Assembly: GCA_041736305.1 (NCBI GenBank)
Contig: JBGSTX010000102.1
Coordinates: 1 to 18,429 of the forward strand
Direction: 5' to 3'
Source of the DNA: Oligoflexus sp.
Lineage (GTDB): Bacteria; Bdellovibrionota_B; Oligoflexia; Oligoflexales; Oligoflexaceae
Length of the DNA: 18,429 nucleotides
The translations under genes were made by a program, and so were the position numbers. Positions 1-7,879 of this stretch are shown here, piece by piece; within the stretch, counting starts at the first letter, position 1; every line of letters starts with the position of its first letter. Below the pieces are notes generated by a model that was not told the origin of the DNA, ran no database searches, and saw only the letters and a program-made list of their open reading frames with translations.

Positions 1-1526
1 GCTTCGAGACAAGGCGTAGCAAAACCACTTTGGTTCGTCATGACAATCTCAGCTCCTTCGCAGGATTGCTGAAATATATAGGGCTGCGCAAGCCCCGACA
101 GGGCCGCTGCAATCCTACTACTCAGGAGCGGTGGCCCGAAACAGATAGCCACACGCGGGAGCTCAGTGAGCTGAGACTCGGACGGGAGGCAATCCTCCTT
201 ATTTCGCAAGATGGCTGCTGGCAAATGGCACTCAGATATCGTGAGTTTGCCCTCACGCAGGACTTTGACGCTTCCCCCATGCCCGTGCATCACCTGCTGA
301 ACATAGGCGAGGCCAAGGCCTGTGCCTCCCGCTTTCCCGGCGGTAATACCTCGCTGAAAGAGGCTGGCCCGAACCTCCCTCGGAATACCAGGCCCATCGT
401 CAGTCACTCTGAGGTAAAGGTCCGAACCTCTGATCTCGTAATTCAGACTTACTGTAGATTTTGCCGCTTCAATTGCGTTAGTGAGAAGATTCAGCCAAGC
501 GCGCTCAAATTTTGTCGCATCGATCCAAACGTGGCTTAGCGAGCGCGACGGCATACGCAGCTCGATCTTGCGACTCGCAGCCAGTTGCCGCAGAGGTTCA
601 CTAGTAAGCTCGAATTCAGCGTTTTGGCACTCTATTTTGATCATCAGTTCGAGATCTGCATGACGCAGAGCTTCGACCATGGCGTAGAGGCGATGCAAAG
701 ATTCTCGGATTGAGCTGCGCATGCCAGCTAGTTCATGATCAGGCAACAGTAGAAAACGCTCGAAAGCTCCCAGGAGTGGTCGCATATCGTGTGATATATG
801 AGTCATCAGGCGCCCGACGGCCGCTTCCTTTTCCCAGCTAGCCTGTTTCACTCGCTCGACCAGCATTTTTCCTATTCCTTGAGCAAGCTCCTCTATTTCG
901 TGAAAACGGGTCGGTAAGCGCGCGTCGAGACGCTGTTCAATCGATTGCTCGGTATCAGCCCGGTCAAACAAACGACCTAAATCGCCTATAGCATCGCCCA
1001 ATTTCCAAGAGAGTCGAGAAAGTCGCAAGCCCTGTACTAGCGTCATAGTCAAGAGACTGCAAAGGAGAGCGATGGCGACGATCAACCAGTTGTCCAAACG
1101 CAGGCGATTGACGAGCACTAGCCTCCCCAGCTCTTGCCCCTTATAAATGAGTCCATGCTCGGTCAGAAGGCTAAAACCGCCGCCCCCCATTTGAAGTCCA
1201 GGAGAATACTGGCGACCAAGCTCGAGAACATCCTCTCCTGTATTGTCGATTACCCAAACTTCCGGGGTCAAGTGAGTACGAAATGAATAAGCGACGTTGC
1301 GTAGCTGGAAAATATCGCCAACGGCGAGCATGAGACCGAGGGACTGCTCATTGCTCTCCGCGAGAAAGAGAGCTCTTTCTTTCGCTTCCTTATAAGATAA
1401 AAAAACCAGGAGCAGCGATAGGAGACAAAGCTGAGGAATTATGCAGAGCAGATAGGTGCGACCTAAGCTTAAAACAACTACAGATCCAATAGGCCGAGTA
1501 AGTTTGCGACGCAAAAAAGCTTTCAT
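1..1526 (-). CDS. Membrane-bound sensor histidine kinase (2 TM, short periplasmic domain, HisKA, HATPase_c, degenerate receiver-like tail); 3' end runs off the window
   Basis: Not in the ORF track; translated by hand from ATG at 1526 (MKAFLRRKLTRPIG...), open to the window edge. Two hydrophobic segments (LLCIIPQLCLLSLLLVFL; WLIVAIALLCSLLTMTLV), H-box ISHDMRPLL, N-box NLLTNAIEA, G1 VTDDGPGIP, F-box LFQRG, G2 GGTGLGL. Start overlaps the upstream stop (TGATG). Confidence 0.93.
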   Translation of the reverse strand, partial: MKAFLRRKLTRPIGSVVVLSLGRTYLLCIIPQLCLLSLLLVFLSYKEAKERALFLAESNEQSLGLMLAVGDIFQLRNVAYSFRTHLTPEVWVIDNTGEDVLELGRQYSPGLQMGGGGFSLLTEHGLIYKGQELGRLVLVNRLRLDNWLIVAIALLCSLLTMTLVQGLRLSRLSWKLGDAIGDLGRLFDRADTEQSIEQRLDARLPTRFHEIEELAQGIGKMLVERVKQASWEKEAAVGRLMTHISHDMRPLLGAFERFLLLPDHELAGMRSSIRESLHRLYAMVEALRHADLELMIKIECQNAEFELTSEPLRQLAASRKIELRMPSRSLSHVWIDATKFERAWLNLLTNAIEAAKSTVSLNYEIRGSDLYLRVTDDGPGIPREVRASLFQRGITAGKAGGTGLGLAYVQQVMHGHGGSVKVLREGKLTISECHLPAAILRNKEDCLPSESQLTELPRVAICFGPPLLSSRIAAALSGLAQPYIFQQSCEGAEIVMTNQSGFATPCLE

Positions 1527-3046
1527 CAGCGGTTGAATTCTATGCGCGCCGGATCGAAGGTCCACGCCCTATCCCCCAGGCCGGCGCTCTTTAAGCGGGG
1601 ACTTAGATAATAGACTGGAAAGCGCTGATGCAGTGGTAGAACGATAGTTTTCTCAGTCAGCTCACGCGAAAGCTGAGCTATGAGCCTAGCCTTATCCTCA
1701 ATTTGGGTCGTAGCCTCCGCTCGTCGAAAAGTTTCTGCATAGCTGGCGTTCTCAGGCAGAGTTTGATGCGATGCTCCCGGTAAATAATGAGCAAATGAGG
1801 TTAGGGGATCGCTGTCGACATAACGTCCGAAAACCAAGAATGTGGGCTGTTTGGCTCCAGTCCGCACCTCGGTTTCTTCGGCCAATACAAGTTTGACTTT
1901 CATACCGATGGCCAGAAGACTATCACGAATAAACTCGTAGTAGCGACCGGGATCACTGCCGGGGGCGCCGTGACAAAGAAGAATGTGTTCAGCCTTACGA
2001 ATCGACTGCGGAAGGGTCTTAAAGATCCGCCTGGCTTCGTCTCGATCAAATTTCAACTGTGGTGGCTGGAATCCATAACTGAGATGGGGAATGATCTGAT
2101 CCGTGCCGTTTTGAGCAGAAAAACCCGGTATTTCTTGCTGCCTATCGATGGCTAGCGCCACGGCCCGGCGGAAATCCTGATTTTTTGCCGCTTCATTTTG
2201 GTAATTGAAAGTCAGAATTTCAATGCTGTCAGGTAGCAGCCCTTGAAGGCGCCGATAGCTTGCAGGGTGCTGGTTCATATAAGTCTTCATGCGCGAAATC
2301 CCACCCCCAAGCGCGAGATCAGCATTGTTTTCCCAGGCTATCTTTTCTGAATAGAACTCGATAAAGCGAGGCCCACCTTTGGGGCTGACTCGCTCGACCC
2401 TTACCATACTGCTGCGGGGGTCTGAGTATACGAGTTTGTAAGGGCCGCTGCCGACGGGCAGAGAATGAAAGCTATAGAGATCCTCCCGGAAGTCAGCGCG
2501 TGGCGCCAAGGGAGGCAGCAGAGGACCGAGTGCATAGAGAAAGCGGTTCAAACCCCCTGTGAGACTCACTTCTAGAGTTTTCGGCCCGGTGATCTTCACT
2601 CCCTCGAGCATGCCGCTGCGAAAGCGCATCCCCTTCTTGAGCTTCTGAGAGCCTTTGATAAAGTGCAGAGGAACGGATTCGTTGCTGCTGGCCTCTGGCG
2701 AGATAAAGGCCTTGATGAGAACCAGTTCGAAATCTTCGGCCTGGAGGTCACGACCATCGTGATAGCGCAGATCAGGATCGAGCGCGAATATGAATTTTTG
2801 CTCAGGCGCTATCCATTTCCAGCTTTTGATATAGCCTGCTTCGATACTGAGATCAGGACCCACGATGAGGGGAAGTCCGTGCACAGCTGAATTGAAAGTC
2901 GTGCGAGCATCGCCGTCGTTGAAACTCATCCATGGCTTTATACCACTATCCGAGATCTGGATTCGTATCGTTTCACCCTCAGGCGGCGGCACAGCTCTGG
3001 CTTGCAAAGCGAAAATGCAGCTGAGAAGCAGGAGAAATCCATTCAT
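1526..3046 (-). CDS. Extracytoplasmic solute-binding protein, family 5 (OppA/DppA/NikA-like)
   Basis: 506 aa with N-terminal signal peptide (LLLLSCIFALQARA). Family-5 motifs: LDPDLRYHDGRDLQAEDF, GVKITGPKTLEVSL, PVGSGPYKL, FRRAVALAIDR, FDRDEARRI. Confidence 0.88.
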   Translation of the reverse strand: MNGFLLLLSCIFALQARAVPPPEGETIRIQISDSGIKPWMSFNDGDARTTFNSAVHGLPLIVGPDLSIEAGYIKSWKWIAPEQKFIFALDPDLRYHDGRDLQAEDFELVLIKAFISPEASSNESVPLHFIKGSQKLKKGMRFRSGMLEGVKITGPKTLEVSLTGGLNRFLYALGPLLPPLAPRADFREDLYSFHSLPVGSGPYKLVYSDPRSSMVRVERVSPKGGPRFIEFYSEKIAWENNADLALGGGISRMKTYMNQHPASYRRLQGLLPDSIEILTFNYQNEAAKNQDFRRAVALAIDRQQEIPGFSAQNGTDQIIPHLSYGFQPPQLKFDRDEARRIFKTLPQSIRKAEHILLCHGAPGSDPGRYYEFIRDSLLAIGMKVKLVLAEETEVRTGAKQPTFLVFGRYVDSDPLTSFAHYLPGASHQTLPENASYAETFRRAEATTQIEDKARLIAQLSRELTEKTIVLPLHQRFPVYYLSPRLKSAGLGDRAWTFDPARIEFNR

Positions 3047-3378
3047 TTTGGAAATGTCTCCTTAACTGTGTCTTCCCCGACGTTTCTTTTCACGGCATGC
3101 ATGCCTGCGAGTTCAGGCGGCTGGCAAAAGTCTTGAGTATTTTCGATGATGCGAGCCAGAATAATTGCAAAGGCTTTGGCTTCATAGGCGTCCCAGTCCC
3201 AGGCGTCCAAAGAGAAATCGTCTCGCTCAGCGCACTCGTCTTCGATAAGCCTCTGCGTCAAAGCTTTCAGCTCGCTAAGCCGGGCTGTCTCATCTCGACC
3301 TTCAGCAAAAGCAGGTCCCGCTCCGAAGTGTAGAACAGCACTCGCAGCTAAAAATGACCCCCAGTTCTTCTGATCCAT
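3043..3378 (-). CDS. Small secreted protein (111 aa; signal peptide ending AFA; two Cys); candidate signal precursor
   Basis: ATG at 3378 has a GGGGGA Shine-Dalgarno 7 nt upstream, so it is preferred over 3402. Sec-type leader MDQKNWGSFLAASAVLHFGAGPAFA. Stop overlaps the SBP start (ATGA, 3043-3046). A sigma-54 promoter lies just upstream. Confidence 0.75.
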   Translation of the reverse strand: MDQKNWGSFLAASAVLHFGAGPAFAEGRDETARLSELKALTQRLIEDECAERDDFSLDAWDWDAYEAKAFAIILARIIENTQDFCQPPELAGMHAVKRNVGEDTVKETFPK

Positions 3379-3456
3379 AACTGTTCCCCCACCGCTTCTC
3401 ATTGCAGCTGTAACCCTTGCCGCGAAAGGGTTTTAAGTTCTCTGAACCGCCTATTG

Positions 3457-3472
3457 AGCATGTTCTGTGCCA
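3457..3472 (-). promoter_or_regulatory. Sigma-54 (RpoN) -24/-12 promoter for the small protein-SBP-kinase operon
   Basis: Minus strand reads TGGCACAGAACATGCT: TGGCAC, GG-N10-GC spacing and TGCT, about 80 nt upstream of ATG 3378. A GAFTGA-containing activator is the adjacent gene. Confidence 0.78.
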
Positions 3473-3534
3473 GCTAATGGATGGCGAGTCAAGCAAACAT
3501 AAAGCTAGAATTATGCGATGAGATTGAGGCGGGT

Positions 3535-3563
3535 TAGCTAGATCGAATGCGACCATCTAACTA
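3535..3563. promoter_or_regulatory. Imperfect inverted repeat, candidate upstream activator (enhancer) site
   Basis: TAGCTAGATCG-N7-CCATCTAACTA (9 of 11 positions dyad-symmetric), about 65-90 bp upstream of the -24 element. Confidence 0.3.
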
Positions 3564-3578
3564 TGTTTTTTTGGCCTA

Positions 3579-3602
3579 TAAAGACAGAGTTCGTCTGTCT
3601 CT
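3579..3602 (-). terminator. Hairpin downstream of the sigma-54 activator gene (weak intrinsic terminator, or an activator binding dyad)
   Basis: AGACAGA-N5-TCTGTCT perfect 7-bp inverted repeat at 3582-3600, about 30 nt after the stop at 3629, with only a short T tract on the minus strand. Confidence 0.4.
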
Positions 3603-3628
3603 CTTGCCCATTTTCGGGAGGATATTGC

Positions 3629-5062
3629 TTAAATTTGGTAACGCCGACGCTTATTGTCGAAGGTTGAACGCGCTACACCCAGGGCTCTGCAGCAGTCAGC
3701 TATAGACGGATGACGCGCGATGGCGTTCGCAATGAGCATTTTTTCGAATGCTTCTAAACTAGCTTCGAGATTCGAGTCTTGATCCAACACCTTCACGATT
3801 TGATTGATAGCGTCCGAGCGGCCTTGCACCTGGACGCTTTCGCCTGGGGCCAGCATAGTTTTAAAAACCGGGAGGGATTCAACTCGCAACTCCTGCTCTT
3901 CAAACTCGCACTGCATCATCCAAGAATCAAGAACTTTGAAGAATTGCCTGATGTTTCCCCGCCAGTAAAAACTTGCCAGGGTCGCGACGAGCTGATGAAA
4001 GACTTTAGGATCCAGGTCGAGATCCCGCCGCTTGAGAAAAAGCGCTAAAAATGCTGGAATGTCGTCCTTTCTTTCGCGCAATGGCGGCAGATGAATATCG
4101 AGTCCTGTGAGGCGTCCTCGCAGGTCAAGCATGAAGCGGCCTGCATCCACCTCATCATCGAGGTCCCTGGTCGTGGCTGCTATAAGTTGAAATTGAGAGC
4201 GATAGGTGCGGGTCTCACCGAGGCGATGATAGCTGCCGTCCGCCAGGACTCGGAGGAGCTTTTGCTGGCAACTGAGGTCGAGCGTGTGAATCTCATCGAG
4301 AAAAAGTATCCCGCCGTCAGCTTCCGCCACGTAGCCACTAGTCGTTTGGTCTGCACCTGTAAAGGCGCCTTTGCGATGACCGAAGAGTAGGGACTCCGTC
4401 AGACTTTGGGTAAGCGTCGCGCAGTTGACAGCAACGAAGGGCACAGCTCCTTCGCGACGAGCTCGATGCAGATGGATGAGTTTGGCGATCTCTTCTTTGC
4501 CAGTCCCCGTTTCGCCGATAAGAACGCAGGTCAGCTGATGCCTCTTCGACAAGCCTTTGACCTTCGCGAGAGTTTGAGAGTCGATAACGATCTCGTCAGG
4601 ATACTGGCTGCTGTACGTAGACCAGTAGCTTTCTCGCCTGAGCGGGAGACTAGTAGGCTGCCGAATTTGCCTTTTTTCTCGCGCTAAATGGAAACCGATA
4701 AGCAGCTCATCAGACTTGACGATGGGCTTACGAATAAAGTGATGGGCCCCAGCCTGTGCCGCAACATCCCAGGTGTCCGCACGTGGATCGGATGAGGCGG
4801 CGATGATGAGCATCTGTGGTTGGTGGATTTTCGCCCAACGAATGATCTCTAGTCCATCGGGCACCTCGCGACCGGGCGTCGAGCTAATATGCAAATCGCT
4901 GAGTAGAACGTCGAAACTCTCCGTGAGTAGCAAGTTCTTTGCAGTCTCTAGGTCGGCTGCTATTTGGAACTGGAGCTTGATCTGCTGCAAGAGATTCGAG
5001 ACGGCGGCGATATCAAGCGCATCATTCTCAACGACTAGAATTTTACGATGGTCGAGTTGCAT
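3629..5062 (-). CDS. Sigma-54-dependent transcriptional activator, NtrC family (REC-AAA+-Fis-type HTH)
   Basis: Receiver domain (ILVVEND, FDVLLSDL, FIRKP), Walker A GETGTGKE, ESLLFGHRKGAFTGA, Walker B LFLDEI, WRGNIRQ, and C-terminal HTH (CCRALGVARSTF). Confidence 0.96.
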   Translation of the reverse strand: MQLDHRKILVVENDALDIAAVSNLLQQIKLQFQIAADLETAKNLLLTESFDVLLSDLHISSTPGREVPDGLEIIRWAKIHQPQMLIIAASSDPRADTWDVAAQAGAHHFIRKPIVKSDELLIGFHLAREKRQIRQPTSLPLRRESYWSTYSSQYPDEIVIDSQTLAKVKGLSKRHQLTCVLIGETGTGKEEIAKLIHLHRARREGAVPFVAVNCATLTQSLTESLLFGHRKGAFTGADQTTSGYVAEADGGILFLDEIHTLDLSCQQKLLRVLADGSYHRLGETRTYRSQFQLIAATTRDLDDEVDAGRFMLDLRGRLTGLDIHLPPLRERKDDIPAFLALFLKRRDLDLDPKVFHQLVATLASFYWRGNIRQFFKVLDSWMMQCEFEEQELRVESLPVFKTMLAPGESVQVQGRSDAINQIVKVLDQDSNLEASLEAFEKMLIANAIARHPSIADCCRALGVARSTFDNKRRRYQI

Positions 5063-5187
5063 CGGTTCCTTGCAGTCGGTCTAGGTTAAAAGGACCGCTT
5101 ATCTAGCTGCAATTCCACCGGGGTTCAAGGTTTTATTTCGTCAAAATTTCTTAATTACACTATCAACGCGTCATTATCGAGGCGCTA

Positions 5188-7350
5188 CTAGACCGTAGCA
5201 GCCATAATGCGCTGGATCTCGTTGACAAGCTTCTTTTGCGACACAGGTTTGGTCAAGTGAGACTGGCATCCAGCATCCAAAGATCGCTGGACCTCTTCAC
5301 TCATGGCATGCGCGGAGAGGGCAATGATCGGTTTAGTAAAGCCTCGCGCCCGCAGACAGCGCGTCGCCTCAAGCCCATCCATGCGCGGCATCTGGATATC
5401 CATCAGTATAAGGTCATAGGGCTCAGCGAATGCTGAGTTGAGAGCTTCAATTCCATCGCAAGCGATCGATACTTTGGCCCCACTCTTGCGCAAGAAAGCC
5501 TTCACCAGCATCTGATTATCGAGAGTGTCGTCAGCCAAGAGGATCTTAATTCCGGCTAAAACTCTGCCGGAGGTGCTGGACGTATCTTGAGTTTTACTCA
5601 ACTCTTTGGGAGGTCTAACTGCATCCAGCTCCTTGACCGGCAGGACCAAGCGGAAGAGGGAGCCCTTGCCTGGCTGGCTTTGCACCAACTCGAGGCTCCC
5701 TCCTAAGGCTTCAGCGATTCCTCTCGAGAGAACCAGACCGAGCCCTGTCCCCCCGAATCGCCTCGTAACCGAGCTATCGCCCTGGGCAAAAGGGCGGAAA
5801 AGCTGAGTTTGCAGATGATTCGGTATTCCAATGCCTGAGTCTTCAACTTCTATAGTTATGAAGCCATGAGGTTCACTGGGCCTCGATTGAAAATAGAGAT
5901 AGGTATTGATGTGGCCCGACTCAGTAAACTTCGCAGCGTTGCTGAGTAGGTTGTCCAGTATTTGACGAAGGCGGAGCGGATCACTGGCAATCAGCTGTGG
6001 CGGGTTTTCAGGCAGAAAAAGACCGGTTTTGATGTCTTTTTTGTGCAGCAGAATGCCGAGCGAATCGTGCACTTCTTGCAAGAGGCCCGCAAGGCAAAAA
6101 GGTACCTTCTCGAAATCCATCTTGCCGGCTTCGACTTTCGACAGATCGAGAACGTCTTCAATAAGGCGGAGAAGTTGGCTGCCGTTAGATTTGATCCGCT
6201 GCCTATAAAGATCACGTTCTTCTGGACTGAGATTCTGCTCAGCCAAGAGCTCGGAAAATCCGAGAATGGCGTTCATTGGCGTTCGTATCTCATGAGACAT
6301 GTTGGCGAGAAACTGCGTCTTTGCATGATTCGCGATCTCGGCCGTCTCCCGTGCCTGCTTCTCTGCTTCGAAGAGGCGTGCTCGTTCTATAGCCTGAGCG
6401 CACTGCTCAGCAAGTATGGAGAGATATCCGATTCGTTCTTCGGTAAATTCTTGCTCGGTATTGAAACTGAGGCCCAGGGCACCCAAGGCCTGTCCCTGTA
6501 CCATCAAGGGAAATGCGGCGAGAGCTGAGCGGCCATTGGCCTCTAAGCTAGGTGCTGCCTCAGGGTAAAGCTTATAGGCTTCCCGGAGATCTTTAACAAT
6601 GATAGCTCGCTTAGTCTCAACAGCTTCGCCGAGGGGAGTGCGAATGGTCCTCTGGATGATGTTCCAGGAGGCGATATCGGCGCGCGAGTAGCCCTGATAA
6701 TAGAGGATGCGCAAAGCGTCTCCCTCCAGCAAGGCAACGCAACCCGCATCGGCATCTATGGCCCCTAAGCCTTGTTCGATCATCAGCTTGGCGATCTCAT
6801 AAGGCTCGGTGGCTGAGGCGAGGTCGGCGGCTATCGATTGCAACTGCGCAACTTTCCTCTGGATACGATCCCGGCGTCTCTCCACCTCGCGGATTTTTTC
6901 AGCACTAATAGCCTGCTGCTGCTCGGTGAGCCTTGTGATGTCAGCCTGCATCACCAAGACCCCTTTGACTTTGCCATGCGAATCGAAATCAGGAACGTAG
7001 CTAACTTGAAAGTCGCGGGTCTCAGTTGCAGTCGATTTAAGAATCGTCTGAGTCTTCTTGCCGCAGAATGCTTCTTTAAGTCCCGGAGAGATCTGATCGT
7101 AGGTGTCGGACCCTGCAATCTCCTGCAGGTGGGCTCCCAAGATCTGTTCTCGAGGAAGCTGCAGAAACTCCAGGTAGGACTCATTTACAAATGAAATGCG
7201 ATACGCGGCAGAAACATAGACAATCAACGCGGGTATTAAATCGGCAATGAGCAGAAGCTGCGCACCGGCTTCATGTGGCGGCTTAGTTGCGTCTAGCTTC
7301 TCTGGCAATTCTCTCGCAAGCACTCGATCGCTCTCAAGCATTAAACGCAT
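5188..7350 (-). CDS. Soluble hybrid sensor histidine kinase (PAS-GAF-HisKA-HATPase-REC)
   Basis: PAS (IPALIVYV...FVNESY...[10 protein letters not shown]), GAF (ADAGCVAL...[14 protein letters not shown]), H-box [41 protein letters not shown], and receiver LADD...LILMDIQMP...LTKP. No clear TM segment. Start is uncertain (7341, 7350 or 7386). Confidence 0.94.
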   Translation of the reverse strand: MRLMLESDRVLARELPEKLDATKPPHEAGAQLLLIADLIPALIVYVSAAYRISFVNESYLEFLQLPREQILGAHLQEIAGSDTYDQISPGLKEAFCGKKTQTILKSTATETRDFQVSYVPDFDSHGKVKGVLVMQADITRLTEQQQAISAEKIREVERRRDRIQRKVAQLQSIAADLASATEPYEIAKLMIEQGLGAIDADAGCVALLEGDALRILYYQGYSRADIASWNIIQRTIRTPLGEAVETKRAIIVKDLREAYKLYPEAAPSLEANGRSALAAFPLMVQGQALGALGLSFNTEQEFTEERIGYLSILAEQCAQAIERARLFEAEKQARETAEIANHAKTQFLANMSHEIRTPMNAILGFSELLAEQNLSPEERDLYRQRIKSNGSQLLRLIEDVLDLSKVEAGKMDFEKVPFCLAGLLQEVHDSLGILLHKKDIKTGLFLPENPPQLIASDPLRLRQILDNLLSNAAKFTESGHINTYLYFQSRPSEPHGFITIEVEDSGIGIPNHLQTQLFRPFAQGDSSVTRRFGGTGLGLVLSRGIAEALGGSLELVQSQPGKGSLFRLVLPVKELDAVRPPKELSKTQDTSSTSGRVLAGIKILLADDTLDNQMLVKAFLRKSGAKVSIACDGIEALNSAFAEPYDLILMDIQMPRMDGLEATRCLRARGFTKPIIALSAHAMSEEVQRSLDAGCQSHLTKPVSQKKLVNEIQRIMAATV

Positions 7351-7545
7351 CCGTCTACAGGCCCAGCGCCGGCTCCAAAAAACCACGAATTTCCGACGCG
7401 CTCTTATTCCGCCGCGATCCTAGCAGAAAATTAATTTTCGACCAAGATAGAGTAATCAGGCCATTTAGGCGTATATAGCGAAATTAATAAGCGAACAACT
7501 GTACCAAACTTGCTAGGATATTCCCTGCTCGTTAGGCTTGTTAAA

Positions 7546-7575
7546 TTGACGCGAAATTTTATTTTTATTTACATT
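7546..7575 (+). promoter_or_regulatory. Possible sigma-70 promoter
   Basis: TTGACG-N18-TACATT in an AT-rich stretch about 40 nt upstream of ATG 7617. Confidence 0.35.
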
Positions 7576-7616
7576 AGCTGGCTAAGCTTGGGTCAAACCA
7601 CAGCAAAGAACGGACT

Positions 7617-7850
7617 ATGCCTTACAAAAAATTAAGTCAGCACTATGCAAAGCCGTTGAAGCAACTCTCATCCAAGCTGCTCTCTGCAAGTATTTCACTG
7701 GATCTGGCGGCAGCCAATCTCAATTCAGCCGTGTATCAGGAAAGCTCTCAGCAGGGTGATATGCATTTTTTCTCCGATTCACGGGGCGACGTCCGGCAAT
7801 TTCATTCCATCAGTCGACTTGTGCGTGAGAAGGAGCCTGACCGAGAGTAG
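7617..7850 (+). CDS. Hypothetical small protein (77 aa)
   Basis: ATG start, fills the gap between the hybrid kinase and nagD without overlap, and is preceded by a promoter-like sequence. No recognisable motif. Confidence 0.45.
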   Translation: MPYKKLSQHYAKPLKQLSSKLLSASISLDLAAANLNSAVYQESSQQGDMHFFSDSRGDVRQFHSISRLVREKEPDRE

Positions 7851-7879
7851 CTCCGTCACCTCTCGGGCAAGTATTGGCC

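Noticed and set aside
30-663. Plus-strand ORFs 30..539 and 481..663 from the track
   Set aside because: They are antisense shadows of the minus-strand histidine kinase, which has all canonical kinase motifs.
3187-3204. AWDWDA segment as a darobactin-like (WxW) RiPP core
   Set aside because: No radical SAM or other maturase in the window, the protein has a Sec signal peptide, and the motif is internal.
3379-3402. Longer start (MRSGGGTV) for the small secreted protein
   Set aside because: The GGG codons are the Shine-Dalgarno of ATG 3378, and the shorter start gives a normal signal peptide.
3302-3556. 84-aa minus-strand ORF
   Set aside because: It overlaps the sigma-54 promoter and the better-supported secreted ORF in another frame, and has no recognisable features.
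5236-7194. Multiple plus-strand and alternate-frame ORFs inside the hybrid kinase (similar ones occur inside other long genes)
   Set aside because: Shadow ORFs overlapping well-supported genes, with no motifs or translation signals of their own.
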